Sequence record: MZ501268.1
Direction: 5' to 3' (one strand)
Length of the DNA stretch: 64,000 bases
Part shown: piece by piece, positions 8,905 to 18,191 of the stretch
Position numbering within the stretch: position 1 is the stretch's first letter
Layout of the letters: each line of letters starts with the position of its first letter
Program-made: the position numbers and the translations under genes
Notes under the pieces: model-generated
Told to the model about the DNA's origin: nothing
The model's input: the letters and a program-made list of their open reading frames with translations, nothing else
The model's database searches: none

Positions 8905-11286
8905 ATGAATTTAAATGTAGACTATACAATTTACTTAGCGGACACCAAAAAGCTCGTCCGCACAATGGTCATTAATTCGGCGCAAACAGCTAATATAATT
9001 AATGGCCGTATGGATGGATTTGGATACAGCCGGGATGTCTACGATAAGAGTACCTGGAAGTATTACATGAACATGGCTGGGATCTATCATCCATCCAATG
9101 ACGCCATGACCGTGAAGTCTCTCGATAACGGTGAGGTCATTGACTTTACCCGTGAGAACATGGAGATCCATGTCAGCACCAAACGCTCCTACCAATACGG
9201 TACCGACTACTATAAAGCATTAGTGGCCAAGTTCCCGTACCAGATTGCCTTGATCAAAGGGATCCTCAATCCAATTGACCTGGCGGTATCAACGGTTGCT
9301 GATGACTGGGAGATCCTGTACTACGACCCATCGCTGGTTGAAGACGGTGAAGAGAACCTGATTCCCCGTGTACAAGAGTGGATCAATACATTCATCACCC
9401 AGAACTACCTGCCGGATTACGTGTACATCACTGAAGACTTGATGCACCAGTTCTACCTGGCGATGATTGCGGTGTTTGTCCCGTGCATCATCTTGGGTAT
9501 CCGTATTGAGAACATCAAGACCAATCAGGCGCACAGTTTCCATATCTGGTCGCATATTCTATCCCATGCGGATATCGAACAGTACAAGCCGTACCTGAAC
9601 CGTAAACAAATCTTGTACCTGTATAGAAATATCGTGTGGCATACCCGTAACCCTGGCGCACAGTATTCCTTCCAGAAAATGATCGATGCTTTCTTAACCG
9701 AACGTCGTATTCCCCTGCAGTCGTACAACGCCCAGCACAACACGTCAAGTATACTCACGGACATTAAACCGCAAGTCGAATTCAAACGTGAACTGTTGAA
9801 CATGCAAGATGCGATTGCCAATGTGAACTACGTCCGGTCTACACGGGAGATCCTGGAAGACGAAGTTCCTTTGGCGAAGAACAACACCGATGTTTACGAA
9901 GACCGTATTGGTGAGGTCACGCAGGACGTCAGTACTAACCGCAACAGTAACTTGCCAACCAAGGTGCTGGAATCCAACATGCGGGATCTGTCTGACTCCT
10001 TGCCCTTCCCCCATACGTTAACCTTGCTGAATGAATGGGTGCGGTTGTCATCGACAGGAATGTACACTGCGGTCATCACCACGGTTAACCCAAACACCGG
10101 GCTGACTATGACCATGACGGTGAAGGAAGCCTTTATCCTTTACTTGTACGGTGTGTGGCGGAACCACGGCGTGACACTGGAAACGATCCCGTACTTCAGA
10201 GCCAATATGGTCATGAAGATCCCACGTCCACAGTTCGCCTTCCTGAAAGCCCAGTACGGTTCGCAGTACGTCACCGACGATTTCATTAAGTATGCCTTGA
10301 ACCTCTGCCCAGATATCCCAGCGATTATCTCAACAGAGACCTTCTATGACAAAACCATTGAGATCAACAATGCGACTCAGCTGCACCGTGACCTGTATAG
10401 CTATCGCAACCACTTCCACGCCCGTGCTGAATTCGAAGCATTAGCCTTTGGGTTCTACCAGGATCTGGATTGTGACATCAATAGCGGGATGACCTATAAA
10501 GACTTCTTCAAAGCGAAGGGATGGGACTTCACCGATCTCCCGCCGGAAGAGTGGCTGGTCTTTGCAAACAAAGTGTCGTCCATTGCAACGGGGCTGGACA
10601 CCACCAATCAACAGAAGCTGTCGGATATCCAAGAAGCAATGCTTGGGTTGACCATGCAGTTATCCAGCTACACCATCCAAGTGATCAGAAAGATCAACGA
10701 AGAAGCGGTGACCATGCTGGACTGGCCAGCACTGCGTGGGGGTGACATGAACATGAAAGTCTCCCAGTACTGGCAGTTGGTGGATAATCCGGTGCGTCCT
10801 ATTGATACCCACATGGCCCAGAAGAAAAGCTACGACATCATCCATGATTTCCCAAAAGGGCATAACTCGGTTGATCGTCGTTGGTCTTACTGGTTGGACA
10901 GTACTCGTCAATTAGCAACAACTGGGTTTAACTCCCGCTACAGTTACGTTGATGGGGCAAGGATGCGATTGTGGTCACCTGATGACACAGACACAGAACG
11001 CAATGAGTTTGATGAAGACACTCCTATTAAAGACTTGCAGGGTCTGTGGATTGATCCGTACGGTGATGCTCGCCCACCGGAAGAGTTCCAGGCTGAAGTT
11101 CTTAATGGACTGTGGACTTATCCGTTGCAGGGTATTGCACCGATTGCGACCAGTTTAGGTGGTCTGTGGATCGATGGTCCTAAAGCCAGCGCCTTTGCCA
11201 CAGAAGAGGATCTGAATGGGTTAAACCAGGATGAACCTGCTGCCTTAAAAGCCTTACGTAACCCTACTCCTGACGGCACATCATAA
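8905..11286 (+). CDS. conserved virion structural protein (phiKZ gp128-like)
   Basis: ATG 8905 with GGAG RBS; WKYYMNMAGIYH..M.VKSLDNGEVIDFTREN..H..TK..Y.YG..YY motif; head-to-head with the portal. Confidence 0.7.
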   Translation: MNLNVDYTIYLADTKKLVRTMVINSAQTANIINGRMDGFGYSRDVYDKSTWKYYMNMAGIYHPSNDAMTVKSLDNGEVIDFTRENMEIHVSTKRSYQYGTDYYKALVAKFPYQIALIKGILNPIDLAVSTVADDWEILYYDPSLVEDGEENLIPRVQEWINTFITQNYLPDYVYITEDLMHQFYLAMIAVFVPCIILGIRIENIKTNQAHSFHIWSHILSHADIEQYKPYLNRKQILYLYRNIVWHTRNPGAQYSFQKMIDAFLTERRIPLQSYNAQHNTSSILTDIKPQVEFKRELLNMQDAIANVNYVRSTREILEDEVPLAKNNTDVYEDRIGEVTQDVSTNRNSNLPTKVLESNMRDLSDSLPFPHTLTLLNEWVRLSSTGMYTAVITTVNPNTGLTMTMTVKEAFILYLYGVWRNHGVTLETIPYFRANMVMKIPRPQFAFLKAQYGSQYVTDDFIKYALNLCPDIPAIISTETFYDKTIEINNATQLHRDLYSYRNHFHARAEFEALAFGFYQDLDCDINSGMTYKDFFKAKGWDFTDLPPEEWLVFANKVSSIATGLDTTNQQKLSDIQEAMLGLTMQLSSYTIQVIRKINEEAVTMLDWPALRGGDMNMKVSQYWQLVDNPVRPIDTHMAQKKSYDIIHDFPKGHNSVDRRWSYWLDSTRQLATTGFNSRYSYVDGARMRLWSPDDTDTERNEFDEDTPIKDLQGLWIDPYGDARPPEEFQAEVLNGLWTYPLQGIAPIATSLGGLWIDGPKASAFATEEDLNGLNQDEPAALKALRNPTPDGTS

Positions 11287-11297
11287 TCAGGTATCGC

Positions 11298-11320
11298 GAG
11301 GGGTTTAACGACCCCTCAAA
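11298..11320 (+). terminator. putative terminator hairpin
   Basis: GAGGGGT-TTAACG-ACCCCTC; no T-tail on + strand (A-run follows). Confidence 0.5.
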
Positions 11321-11364
11321 AGTAATCCTATGTTTACACCACCTCTACGCCTAAGGAGAAACAC

Positions 11365-12240
11365 GTGCCTGCTATTCAGCCGATTCATGGTGAGGGTGAC
11401 TATGTTGTAGACGTCAAGTTGACTTCTGCCGAACTTGTTTATGGTTTGATTAACCATGACAACGAAACAGATTATACTTCGCTGACGTTACGGTTAGGAA
11501 CCCCGACTGTTAATAACAACGCCCAGCATGATCGTAATACCAAAATCTTTGCCCAGACACGTCCAGGCGCGCCTAAGCAGGGTTCCACGTATTTCTATTA
11601 CGATCGTATCTCGCTGGCCTATTACCTGCAAAACTACCCAGACCTTGAAGTGGACATCACTGATGAGATGACCACCATGCGGGATTTGATTCCGTGGATG
11701 AACGAAACCTTCGGGCTAGGTCTGGTTGCTGAAGATGTCCGTGCGGATCTGATTGATCGCGGTCCAAATGCCGAAAACCGCTTTGCTATGTCCGCTGCCT
11801 CTTTAGCGTGGCAGGATTCTGTGCTATTGCAGGTCACTGTTCCGCCGGTCGATATCGCAGCCCTTGAAGGCAATCCAGAGTTTGATGCGATTGAAGTGGT
11901 ATCTGAACATCCACGCACTTACGGTCAGCTGTATGGCTACCAGGTTGATACTGTTGCAATGACTGCGTTGTTAACCGGTTTGCCGATTGGTGCCTTGAGC
12001 AACCTGAACGGTCAGAACCTGTCACAAGCGCTGTCTACTGCTACCACTGATTATTGGGCCTTCGATGCAACTCCAGTCGTCCGTAACCTCTATGGTGCTT
12101 CTGTGCGCTTTAATGGTCGCTCTTCTGACCAGGCCTTGTACCCCACTAAACCAGACAACGCGTACATGGTGATTGTGGATATCGTTGAGAGCGAGTGCCT
12201 GGAGTTCGAAGGTCCATTGGTTCTTTACTATACCCGTTAA
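11365..12240 (+). CDS. virion structural protein, paralog 1 of 3
   Basis: GTG start with AAGGAG; shares FYYDRISL and LYGASVRFNG motifs with 12256 and 13990 ORFs. Confidence 0.65.
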   Translation: MPAIQPIHGEGDYVVDVKLTSAELVYGLINHDNETDYTSLTLRLGTPTVNNNAQHDRNTKIFAQTRPGAPKQGSTYFYYDRISLAYYLQNYPDLEVDITDEMTTMRDLIPWMNETFGLGLVAEDVRADLIDRGPNAENRFAMSAASLAWQDSVLLQVTVPPVDIAALEGNPEFDAIEVVSEHPRTYGQLYGYQVDTVAMTALLTGLPIGALSNLNGQNLSQALSTATTDYWAFDATPVVRNLYGASVRFNGRSSDQALYPTKPDNAYMVIVDIVESECLEFEGPLVLYYTR

Positions 12241-12255
12241 CCGAGGAATCGCATT

Positions 12256-13077
12256 ATGTTACAACGCATTCTGCAAAAGACGGCTAACGAGATTATCGTT
12301 GAACCGTTTAATGCTGCCTTTGGCGCTAACCTGAAAGCAGCCAACTTTGAACTGAAAGATGTCAAGCCACTAACCACCGGGGCAAAAGACACCACAGCCA
12401 CACTTTCTGTTATAGACACCACTTCCGGTTATACCGGTGAGCGTCCAATCACGTACGATCGCTTGGACGCCACGGAACTCTTCTACGGCGTGCCGAAGTT
12501 CTTCCCAATGGGATCTGCCGACATCGATGAGTATTCGGTGGTTGGGATGATGGCCTTGCGTTACGGCCTGAAGCTTGACATCAACCACATCGCCAATGTG
12601 GCGATTACTGCCGGTAAAGCGGTAGTGACTTTTGCGGATTCCTCACCGATCATCAAAGGTGCGGTGCAGTTTGACTTCTACGATGAAGCCATTGACTTGG
12701 CAGAACTGATTGCGGATCCGGACATCGGTGTGTTGGATATGCCAGAGCGTACGGAGAAACCAAACGTCACGTACTATACCTATGCGCACGATATGACTTT
12801 CTGCAAATCCTTTGTCCCGGATATGCCTGTAGGGTCATTGGCAACACAACAACTGGCAGACGCCGTGGCAAGTATCACGGGTGACCCATGGGTTGTGGCG
12901 GAAGGTACCACCACCGAGTATAACTTGGCTGGTGCTGAATTGGTTTATAACGGTAATACCACTACCGCCAACGCACAGGGCTATCCGGTCAATAACGACT
13001 ACGCGATGGTTGCTTTGTTTAAATTAACAGATTTATGTAATAACTTTAGTGGTCTGCTAATGGTTAACATGAATTGA
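12256..13077 (+). CDS. virion structural protein, paralog 2 of 3
   Basis: ITYDRLDA and YNLAGAELVYNG motifs shared with neighbours. Confidence 0.65.
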   Translation: MLQRILQKTANEIIVEPFNAAFGANLKAANFELKDVKPLTTGAKDTTATLSVIDTTSGYTGERPITYDRLDATELFYGVPKFFPMGSADIDEYSVVGMMALRYGLKLDINHIANVAITAGKAVVTFADSSPIIKGAVQFDFYDEAIDLAELIADPDIGVLDMPERTEKPNVTYYTYAHDMTFCKSFVPDMPVGSLATQQLADAVASITGDPWVVAEGTTTEYNLAGAELVYNGNTTTANAQGYPVNNDYAMVALFKLTDLCNNFSGLLMVNMN

Positions 13078-13098
13078 TCTGTTGTAAGGGAACGATGA

Positions 13099-13974
13099 AT
13101 GAAACGTAATGTTAGATCACATGCGGGTAACATGTTGCAGGTTGCCCAGATGTTGGGTATTGCGCATGTGGTTCAGGAGCATACGACGCTTAACGAAAAG
13201 CTGAATATCCTCGCTGATCAGATCCCACAATCCGGCCGTCCTACGATGCAGTACTTCTGTATTGGTTACGGTGGCCATAAAGGTATTCTTGGCAAGAACA
13301 ACACGTACTTGTCTACGTCTATTGACCATTACCCAGATCACGCCGCATTGTACAAGATGCTGCCGTTTGTGTTACGTGAGATCGGCAACGACCTGACAGC
13401 TGACCAACGTGCTAAGTATCGCCTGCGCGCCATCATCACACTGGACGATGGCTCCAAGTACATTGCGTACTACCTGAAAGTTATCGACATGACCAACGTG
13501 TCCGTTCGTTCACAAAAGAACGTGCGTGATGAAAATGGTCTGATCACCACCACGGACTATGTGCCTGATGCCTCGGTGCTGAACCCACAACAGCCTGATG
13601 TCAACACCAATAACATCGACCAGGTCGTCACGTCAACCACCTTCCTGTCTGCGAATGCTGAACTGGATCTGTCGTTGAACGAACTCGACTGTGCTAACCT
13701 GCTCGATGTCGCGCGCATCCTCTTTAAAGATGAAGCCTATGCGTTGGTGTCTGAATACGGTCTGGTGTCTGGTAGCGATATCCCTGCACAGGGCAGTACC
13801 GGTGCCGGTGGTACGATTCAGTATACCGAAGTGGTCGCGGCCCAGGTTGTTGACTTCATGACCAACCGTGGTTCTGGTGCGGATGATGATGATAAAGGCA
13901 TTACCTGCCTGGTCAACTACGGTGCCACCGAGCCGTTGCTTGCTGACAGCGGTGCTAACGCAACAACGGTCTAA
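13099..13974 (+). CDS. baseplate/virion protein (phiKZ gp139-like)
   Basis: TTLNEKLNI...YFCIGYGGH...H..AALYKMLPFVLR...DLT..QRAKYR...YIAYYLK motif string typical of this family. Confidence 0.7.
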   Translation: MKRNVRSHAGNMLQVAQMLGIAHVVQEHTTLNEKLNILADQIPQSGRPTMQYFCIGYGGHKGILGKNNTYLSTSIDHYPDHAALYKMLPFVLREIGNDLTADQRAKYRLRAIITLDDGSKYIAYYLKVIDMTNVSVRSQKNVRDENGLITTTDYVPDASVLNPQQPDVNTNNIDQVVTSTTFLSANAELDLSLNELDCANLLDVARILFKDEAYALVSEYGLVSGSDIPAQGSTGAGGTIQYTEVVAAQVVDFMTNRGSGADDDDKGITCLVNYGATEPLLADSGANATTV

Positions 13975-13989
13975 TGACACGGGGGTGAC

Positions 13990-14838
13990 ATGAACATTCT
14001 TGGTAAAGACGCACAACAGTTGATTAAAGAGCTCGCTGCTGGACACAACAACGTGTCCTTACAGATGGACTCGGCCAAAGTGATCAACTTCCAAAACCTG
14101 GCAGGCACAGAAGGGATTGATGCGCAAGCAGATATCGTCCCGGCTGACCCGACGGTGTATTACCGGAAGAAGACCATTCAGTTCGGTAAGATTGACTTGT
14201 CTAAACACTGGCTCAATCAACACCTGACCATCCCACTGCAGGCGAACTCAACCAGCCACAGCATTTTGCCACAGCTGATTGAACGTTACGGGTTACTTCT
14301 GACCACTGACGATCTGGTGTTGACTACGGTCAATACCACCAAAGAGATCTGGGAACTCCCGATTCGTGTTAAAGCGACATCGTGGACTTACAAGAACACA
14401 TTGGATAATGTGATCGTGTATGCTTCTGATACATCAGTGGATCTGCAGTATGTGATCAAACGACCATCGCTGACTGGCCTGGCTTACCCAAGCGCAGATA
14501 CCACGAAGATCCAAGGACCGTTGTTAACGTACAACGTGTCCATCCTGGCAACTGATGTTGCGTACCAAGCAGTGAAGAATGAGAAGGTCGGCTACAAAAT
14601 GGCGATCCCATCAGACGACGACTGGTTGGTTGCGGATACCTTTAGTACGCAGTTGGATCAGGCCTGGGCATTCAAGCAAACGGGTTACAGCCTGTACAAT
14701 GCTGAAGTCGTGTATAACGGCACAGCATCTGCTGCGCCAGCGACTTACCATGTTAACCGCACCAAAGCCAATGTTTTGATTCTGAAACTGAGCGGTGTGG
14801 GTAATGTGGGCGGTTACGTCTGCTTGCATTACGCCTAA
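13990..14838 (+). CDS. virion structural protein, paralog 3 of 3
   Basis: IQFGKIDL and YSLYNAEVVYNG motifs shared with 11365 and 12256 ORFs. Confidence 0.65.
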   Translation: MNILGKDAQQLIKELAAGHNNVSLQMDSAKVINFQNLAGTEGIDAQADIVPADPTVYYRKKTIQFGKIDLSKHWLNQHLTIPLQANSTSHSILPQLIERYGLLLTTDDLVLTTVNTTKEIWELPIRVKATSWTYKNTLDNVIVYASDTSVDLQYVIKRPSLTGLAYPSADTTKIQGPLLTYNVSILATDVAYQAVKNEKVGYKMAIPSDDDWLVADTFSTQLDQAWAFKQTGYSLYNAEVVYNGTASAAPATYHVNRTKANVLILKLSGVGNVGGYVCLHYA

Positions 14839-14849
14839 GTGTAATACCG

Positions 14850-14876
14850 GGCAGGGCCTTAGGGTTCTGCCTTTAT
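14850..14876 (+). terminator. terminator hairpin
   Basis: GGCAGGGC-CTTAGG-GTTCTGCC followed by TTTAT. Confidence 0.6.
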
Positions 14877-14886
14877 AGGGAGTCTT

Positions 14887-15492
14887 ATGATGGTGTTTCA
14901 AGATGCCCGTCCGGTGGGAGAGATCTTGCAGGTTTCCATCGACCCAGGAACTGATACCATGGGCGTGACGTTGATGGGCTTACATCCGATCACCCTTGAG
15001 ATGTCCTGGAAGGAATCGTTTACGCTGTATGGGTCGTTGTTGAACTATCGATCAGAACTGGTGTTCCAAGAAGACCGTTTACGTGATGCACGATTAAAGG
15101 GCCTCACAGACGCTCTCCTGCGTTACTTCTGTTCGGTAAGGCCTCACGTCATTGTGTACGAAGATAACTTCTTACGACACTCCCCACAAGCGTTTAAAGC
15201 ATTGATTGAATCGGTAGAGGCTATCAAGCGTGCAGTATGGGGATATAACCCGTATCTTCCGTTTTATGAGATCTCACCAATGCAAGCCAAAGGCGCAGTG
15301 AACGCCATTGCCCCACGTGGGCAGAAACATGATAAGGAGTTAGTGCGTAAGGGACTGATGAATTGCTCACGACTACACGTTCCTCACGCAATATTACAGT
15401 CACTCTCGGAACACGCCATTGACTCCATCGCCATTGGCGTATATGGTCTGGATCAATTGTCTCTGGCCTTGAGTGCTGGTCATTGGAGATAA
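14887..15492 (+). CDS. ruvC: RuvC-like Holliday junction resolvase
   Basis: SIDPGTDTMG (D1), VYEDNF (E), QAKGAV (K), EHAIDSIAIG (D): RuvC catalytic pattern. Confidence 0.85.
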   Translation: MMVFQDARPVGEILQVSIDPGTDTMGVTLMGLHPITLEMSWKESFTLYGSLLNYRSELVFQEDRLRDARLKGLTDALLRYFCSVRPHVIVYEDNFLRHSPQAFKALIESVEAIKRAVWGYNPYLPFYEISPMQAKGAVNAIAPRGQKHDKELVRKGLMNCSRLHVPHAILQSLSEHAIDSIAIGVYGLDQLSLALSAGHWR

Positions 15493-15493
15493 C

Positions 15494-16006
15494 ATGACTA
15501 CGCAAGCTACAGAAGAAGAACCAAAGGTGGAAGTACCGGCAGGTAGTTTAGTTGAGCCGGTGATCGAGTCGGTTCATCCACCGGTTGTGCGTGCAATGAA
15601 CTTTGCCGGGGTATTGGCAGTCGTGACCACCTGTTTGTGTGCTGTTGCCTTCTTCGCTAACATGTCGATTCATGTCTGGCGTAATGGGTCATGGCCACCT
15701 AACGTTGGTGCGGTGATTGTTGCCGTGGTATTGATTGGTCCGGTATTGACAGCATGGCAGTTTATGGGTGTACGCAAAATCCTAACCTCATTACTTTCTA
15801 ACGAGAATGGCCTGGGGTTAGGCGGAATTGCGAAAGAAGTGGTTGCACGTCGTATGGGGTTCCAATACCAACCGACACAGCCCATGACCCAGCAACAAGT
15901 CCAGCAGAACTACCCGCAACATAACCAGCCGGCTGAGTATCCCTCTCCGCCTGTGGGTTATGCGCAAAACGTACCACCGGTTCCACCGGGAGAGGATGCA
16001 CGATGA
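15494..16006 (+). CDS. holin candidate (two TM helices, Q/P-rich C-tail)
   Basis: Two hydrophobic segments (FAGVLAVVTTCLCAVAFFA; VGAVIVAVVLIGPVLTAWQF); adjacent to the spanin pair. Confidence 0.5.
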   Translation: MTTQATEEEPKVEVPAGSLVEPVIESVHPPVVRAMNFAGVLAVVTTCLCAVAFFANMSIHVWRNGSWPPNVGAVIVAVVLIGPVLTAWQFMGVRKILTSLLSNENGLGLGGIAKEVVARRMGFQYQPTQPMTQQQVQQNYPQHNQPAEYPSPPVGYAQNVPPVPPGEDAR

Positions 16007-16027
16007 ACAGCACTGAACTGATCTGAT

Positions 16028-16080
16028 CAGCATAAAGACAGAGAGCTTCCTTGCGGAGGCCCTCTGTCTTGTTTATGCCG
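16028..16080. terminator. bidirectional terminator
   Basis: CAGCATAAA-GACAGAG...CTCTGTC-TTGTTTATGCCG between convergent genes. Confidence 0.8.
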
Positions 16081-16089
16081 TCTTGGGTA

Positions 16090-16626
16090 TTACTTGGTAT
16101 CTGGTGCAGTTGGATTGACCTTTAAGTTGTTCAGCTGCTTGATAGCGGTGAGTAACCCATTGGTGTATTCCTGCAGTCGTGTCAGACGTCTTGCAACATC
16201 GTCTGCCTCTGCGCCGGTACTGATTAAGAAGGCCGTGTCCTCAGGCGGGAAGTAGAGATAATTATCATCTTCCAATGCACTGGTGACTTTATAATTTACA
16301 GTCGGTAGGGGTGCGGTCACTGCCGTGGGTGTTGCAACTGCACCTGCGGGGTCACCTACTTGCGTAGCTGCTACAGGTGCTGTGTCACTACCGCCAAAGT
16401 GGTCAATGATTCGCTTTTGGAATGTCGGAGCCGCTGGTCGCATGAGGGGAGCCGGCGGCTCCTGGACTTGCAGTACCGTCTGCTCCAGCAACGTTCCGGT
16501 AAGGGACGGTGACGGGGACACTTGGCTTCTTGATTCGCAGCCGGAAAGAACCGTCGCCAACAGCACCAAGCAAGTTCCCAGTAGTAGTCTGCGCATTAAG
16601 TGTATCCTCATCATAATCTTTTCCAA
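16090..16626 (-). CDS. o-spanin (Rz1-like lipoprotein)
   Basis: Basic N-terminus, hydrophobic core and lipobox LSGC; Pro-rich; overlaps the i-spanin in another frame. Confidence 0.75.
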   Translation of the reverse strand: MEKIMMRIHLMRRLLLGTCLVLLATVLSGCESRSQVSPSPSLTGTLLEQTVLQVQEPPAPLMRPAAPTFQKRIIDHFGGSDTAPVAATQVGDPAGAVATPTAVTAPLPTVNYKVTSALEDDNYLYFPPEDTAFLISTGAEADDVARRLTRLQEYTNGLLTAIKQLNNLKVNPTAPDTK

Positions 16627-16867
16627 TACGTTTAGTCAGCTCCATCTGCTGTTGCTGGATCGCCCTCGTCTGCTCCCCGAGGACCTTTAGTTGATTAACA
16701 GACTCGCCTATCGATTCAATCTGTTTCGACATTTGTTTCTGTTGCTCACCAAGCGTGGCTACCGAGGTTGCTGTTGACCACAAGAAGTAGACAACAACGG
16801 CTACCGCTGCAATTATCACAACGAGTTTAAAGTTTTTAGTAAATAACGCTTTCAGCAGTGTAAACAT
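16403..16867 (-). CDS. i-spanin (Rz-like)
   Basis: Single N-terminal TM (LVVIIAAVAVVVYFLW) plus coiled coil; its 3' end overlaps the lipoprotein gene by 224 nt. Confidence 0.75.
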   Translation of the reverse strand: MFTLLKALFTKNFKLVVIIAAVAVVVYFLWSTATSVATLGEQQKQMSKQIESIGESVNQLKVLGEQTRAIQQQQMELTKRIGKDYDEDTLNAQTTTGNLLGAVGDGSFRLRIKKPSVPVTVPYRNVAGADGTASPGAAGSPHATSGSDIPKANH

Positions 16868-16876
16868 ATGCCGACC

Positions 16877-18106
16877 TTAATAGGTAGATATCTTTAACCA
16901 CCAGGCTTTAGCGAGGACCCAGGGTTTAGGCATGAGCCCATAATCTGTTACGATATCCTCGTTTTCATACTGGATGGTGGTGTTAAGAGCAAACCGCCGA
17001 CGATGGTGTAAAGTAAGTAACCGAGAGCGACCCTCGCCCGGACGTAGCAAAGGCTCCGCCATCACCCCGTTGTTTAATTGAATGGGGATACGAGTGTTAT
17101 CGGGCACAGTAAACATACCAGGCCATTTGTGAGTTTCCAATGGGATCTGTTCCACTTCTAAGAGCGGATTATCAAACACCACCCAGAAACTCGTCGATAA
17201 TAGTAACCAGGCTTTATAGAAGGCATCCTTCTGGTAATCACCCTTACTGATTATCCGAGGCGAATCGGGATTGACGTTGGCCGGAATGGTAGATAGGTCT
17301 ATGAATTCGCGGTCATAGAAATAGCGACCAATCCAGTCAATGTAGACAGTTGATAAACTGACGAGACTTTCACCGAGGATAGAAATGACTTCATCCTGCC
17401 AGTAAAGAATCCCACCGATCACAATACCCACTGACTTACCCTGCGTACTGAAAGGCGGTGCTAATAACACTTTCTCTTTATACGGGTTGAGTTCATCAGA
17501 GGGTTGGATCTGATCAGCCGTGATGGAATAGCATTTCAAGGTACTGACATTGTGGAATGACAATACACCGGATTTCACATCGTTGCTGACCTTGGCATTT
17601 TTACACGCATCAATCAAATAGATGCCATCATCGGATAACGAGCTGCGGTGCAGGTAGCCGTTGACGGTAAACAATGCACAATTAAACAGTTGAGGGTAGT
17701 CCACTCCTTCTTTGATCAGGATGACATCATTAGCGTCCGCATAGCTAAAGTCACGTTTCAGGGATGCGTTGATGTTGGTGGGTTTTTGTGTAAACCACCA
17801 TTCATTAATGTTATTGAATAAAGCAAACTTCTTGGTCAGGTTCGGAAGCGTGGTGCTGGTTGTTAGCGCCCGCGTTCCTAATGAAGCTAACCACTGCACG
17901 ATTGTGCCGTTAAAAGCAGCCACTTCATTATAATAATCCTGCAACACCAAGCAGACGTTCTTCTGCAGGTATGGCGAAGATAATATGACCCGGTTTTGGG
18001 AATACGTCTGTAGCACCGTTTTCAGCTGCATGGACGAGATATCGTCGTCAACTAATTTCGGGCGCTTGCCCACGGTTTTTGAAATACAGGCAACGTAGTT
18101 ATACAT
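16877..18106 (-). CDS. putative virion structural protein
   Basis: 409-aa ORF divergent from the tail-fibre cluster; LFTVNGYLH and IVIGGILY motifs typical of phiKZ-like virion proteins. Confidence 0.55.
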   Translation of the reverse strand: MYNYVACISKTVGKRPKLVDDDISSMQLKTVLQTYSQNRVILSSPYLQKNVCLVLQDYYNEVAAFNGTIVQWLASLGTRALTTSTTLPNLTKKFALFNNINEWWFTQKPTNINASLKRDFSYADANDVILIKEGVDYPQLFNCALFTVNGYLHRSSLSDDGIYLIDACKNAKVSNDVKSGVLSFHNVSTLKCYSITADQIQPSDELNPYKEKVLLAPPFSTQGKSVGIVIGGILYWQDEVISILGESLVSLSTVYIDWIGRYFYDREFIDLSTIPANVNPDSPRIISKGDYQKDAFYKAWLLLSTSFWVVFDNPLLEVEQIPLETHKWPGMFTVPDNTRIPIQLNNGVMAEPLLRPGEGRSRLLTLHHRRRFALNTTIQYENEDIVTDYGLMPKPWVLAKAWWLKISTY

Positions 18107-18135
18107 GCGCTCCGCCCTTAGTTTAAAAAATCAAT

Positions 18136-18141
18136 CATATG
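18136..18141. promoter_or_regulatory. candidate bidirectional late promoter (CATATG, i.e. TATG on both strands)
   Basis: Palindrome in the gap between divergent virion genes; the phiKZ late promoter consensus is TATG. Confidence 0.4.
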
Positions 18142-18191
18142 TGCTCGTTACTTAACTATACCTAAGCTATAAAATTACTTTGGAGACCGAC

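Noticed and set aside
8873-8965. Longer TTG/GTG-extended starts in the ORF track (portal to 8965; likewise 8887, 24018, 32976, 44905, 53509, 55373)
   Set aside because: Downstream ATGs have clear RBSs and avoid overlaps with other genes or terminators.
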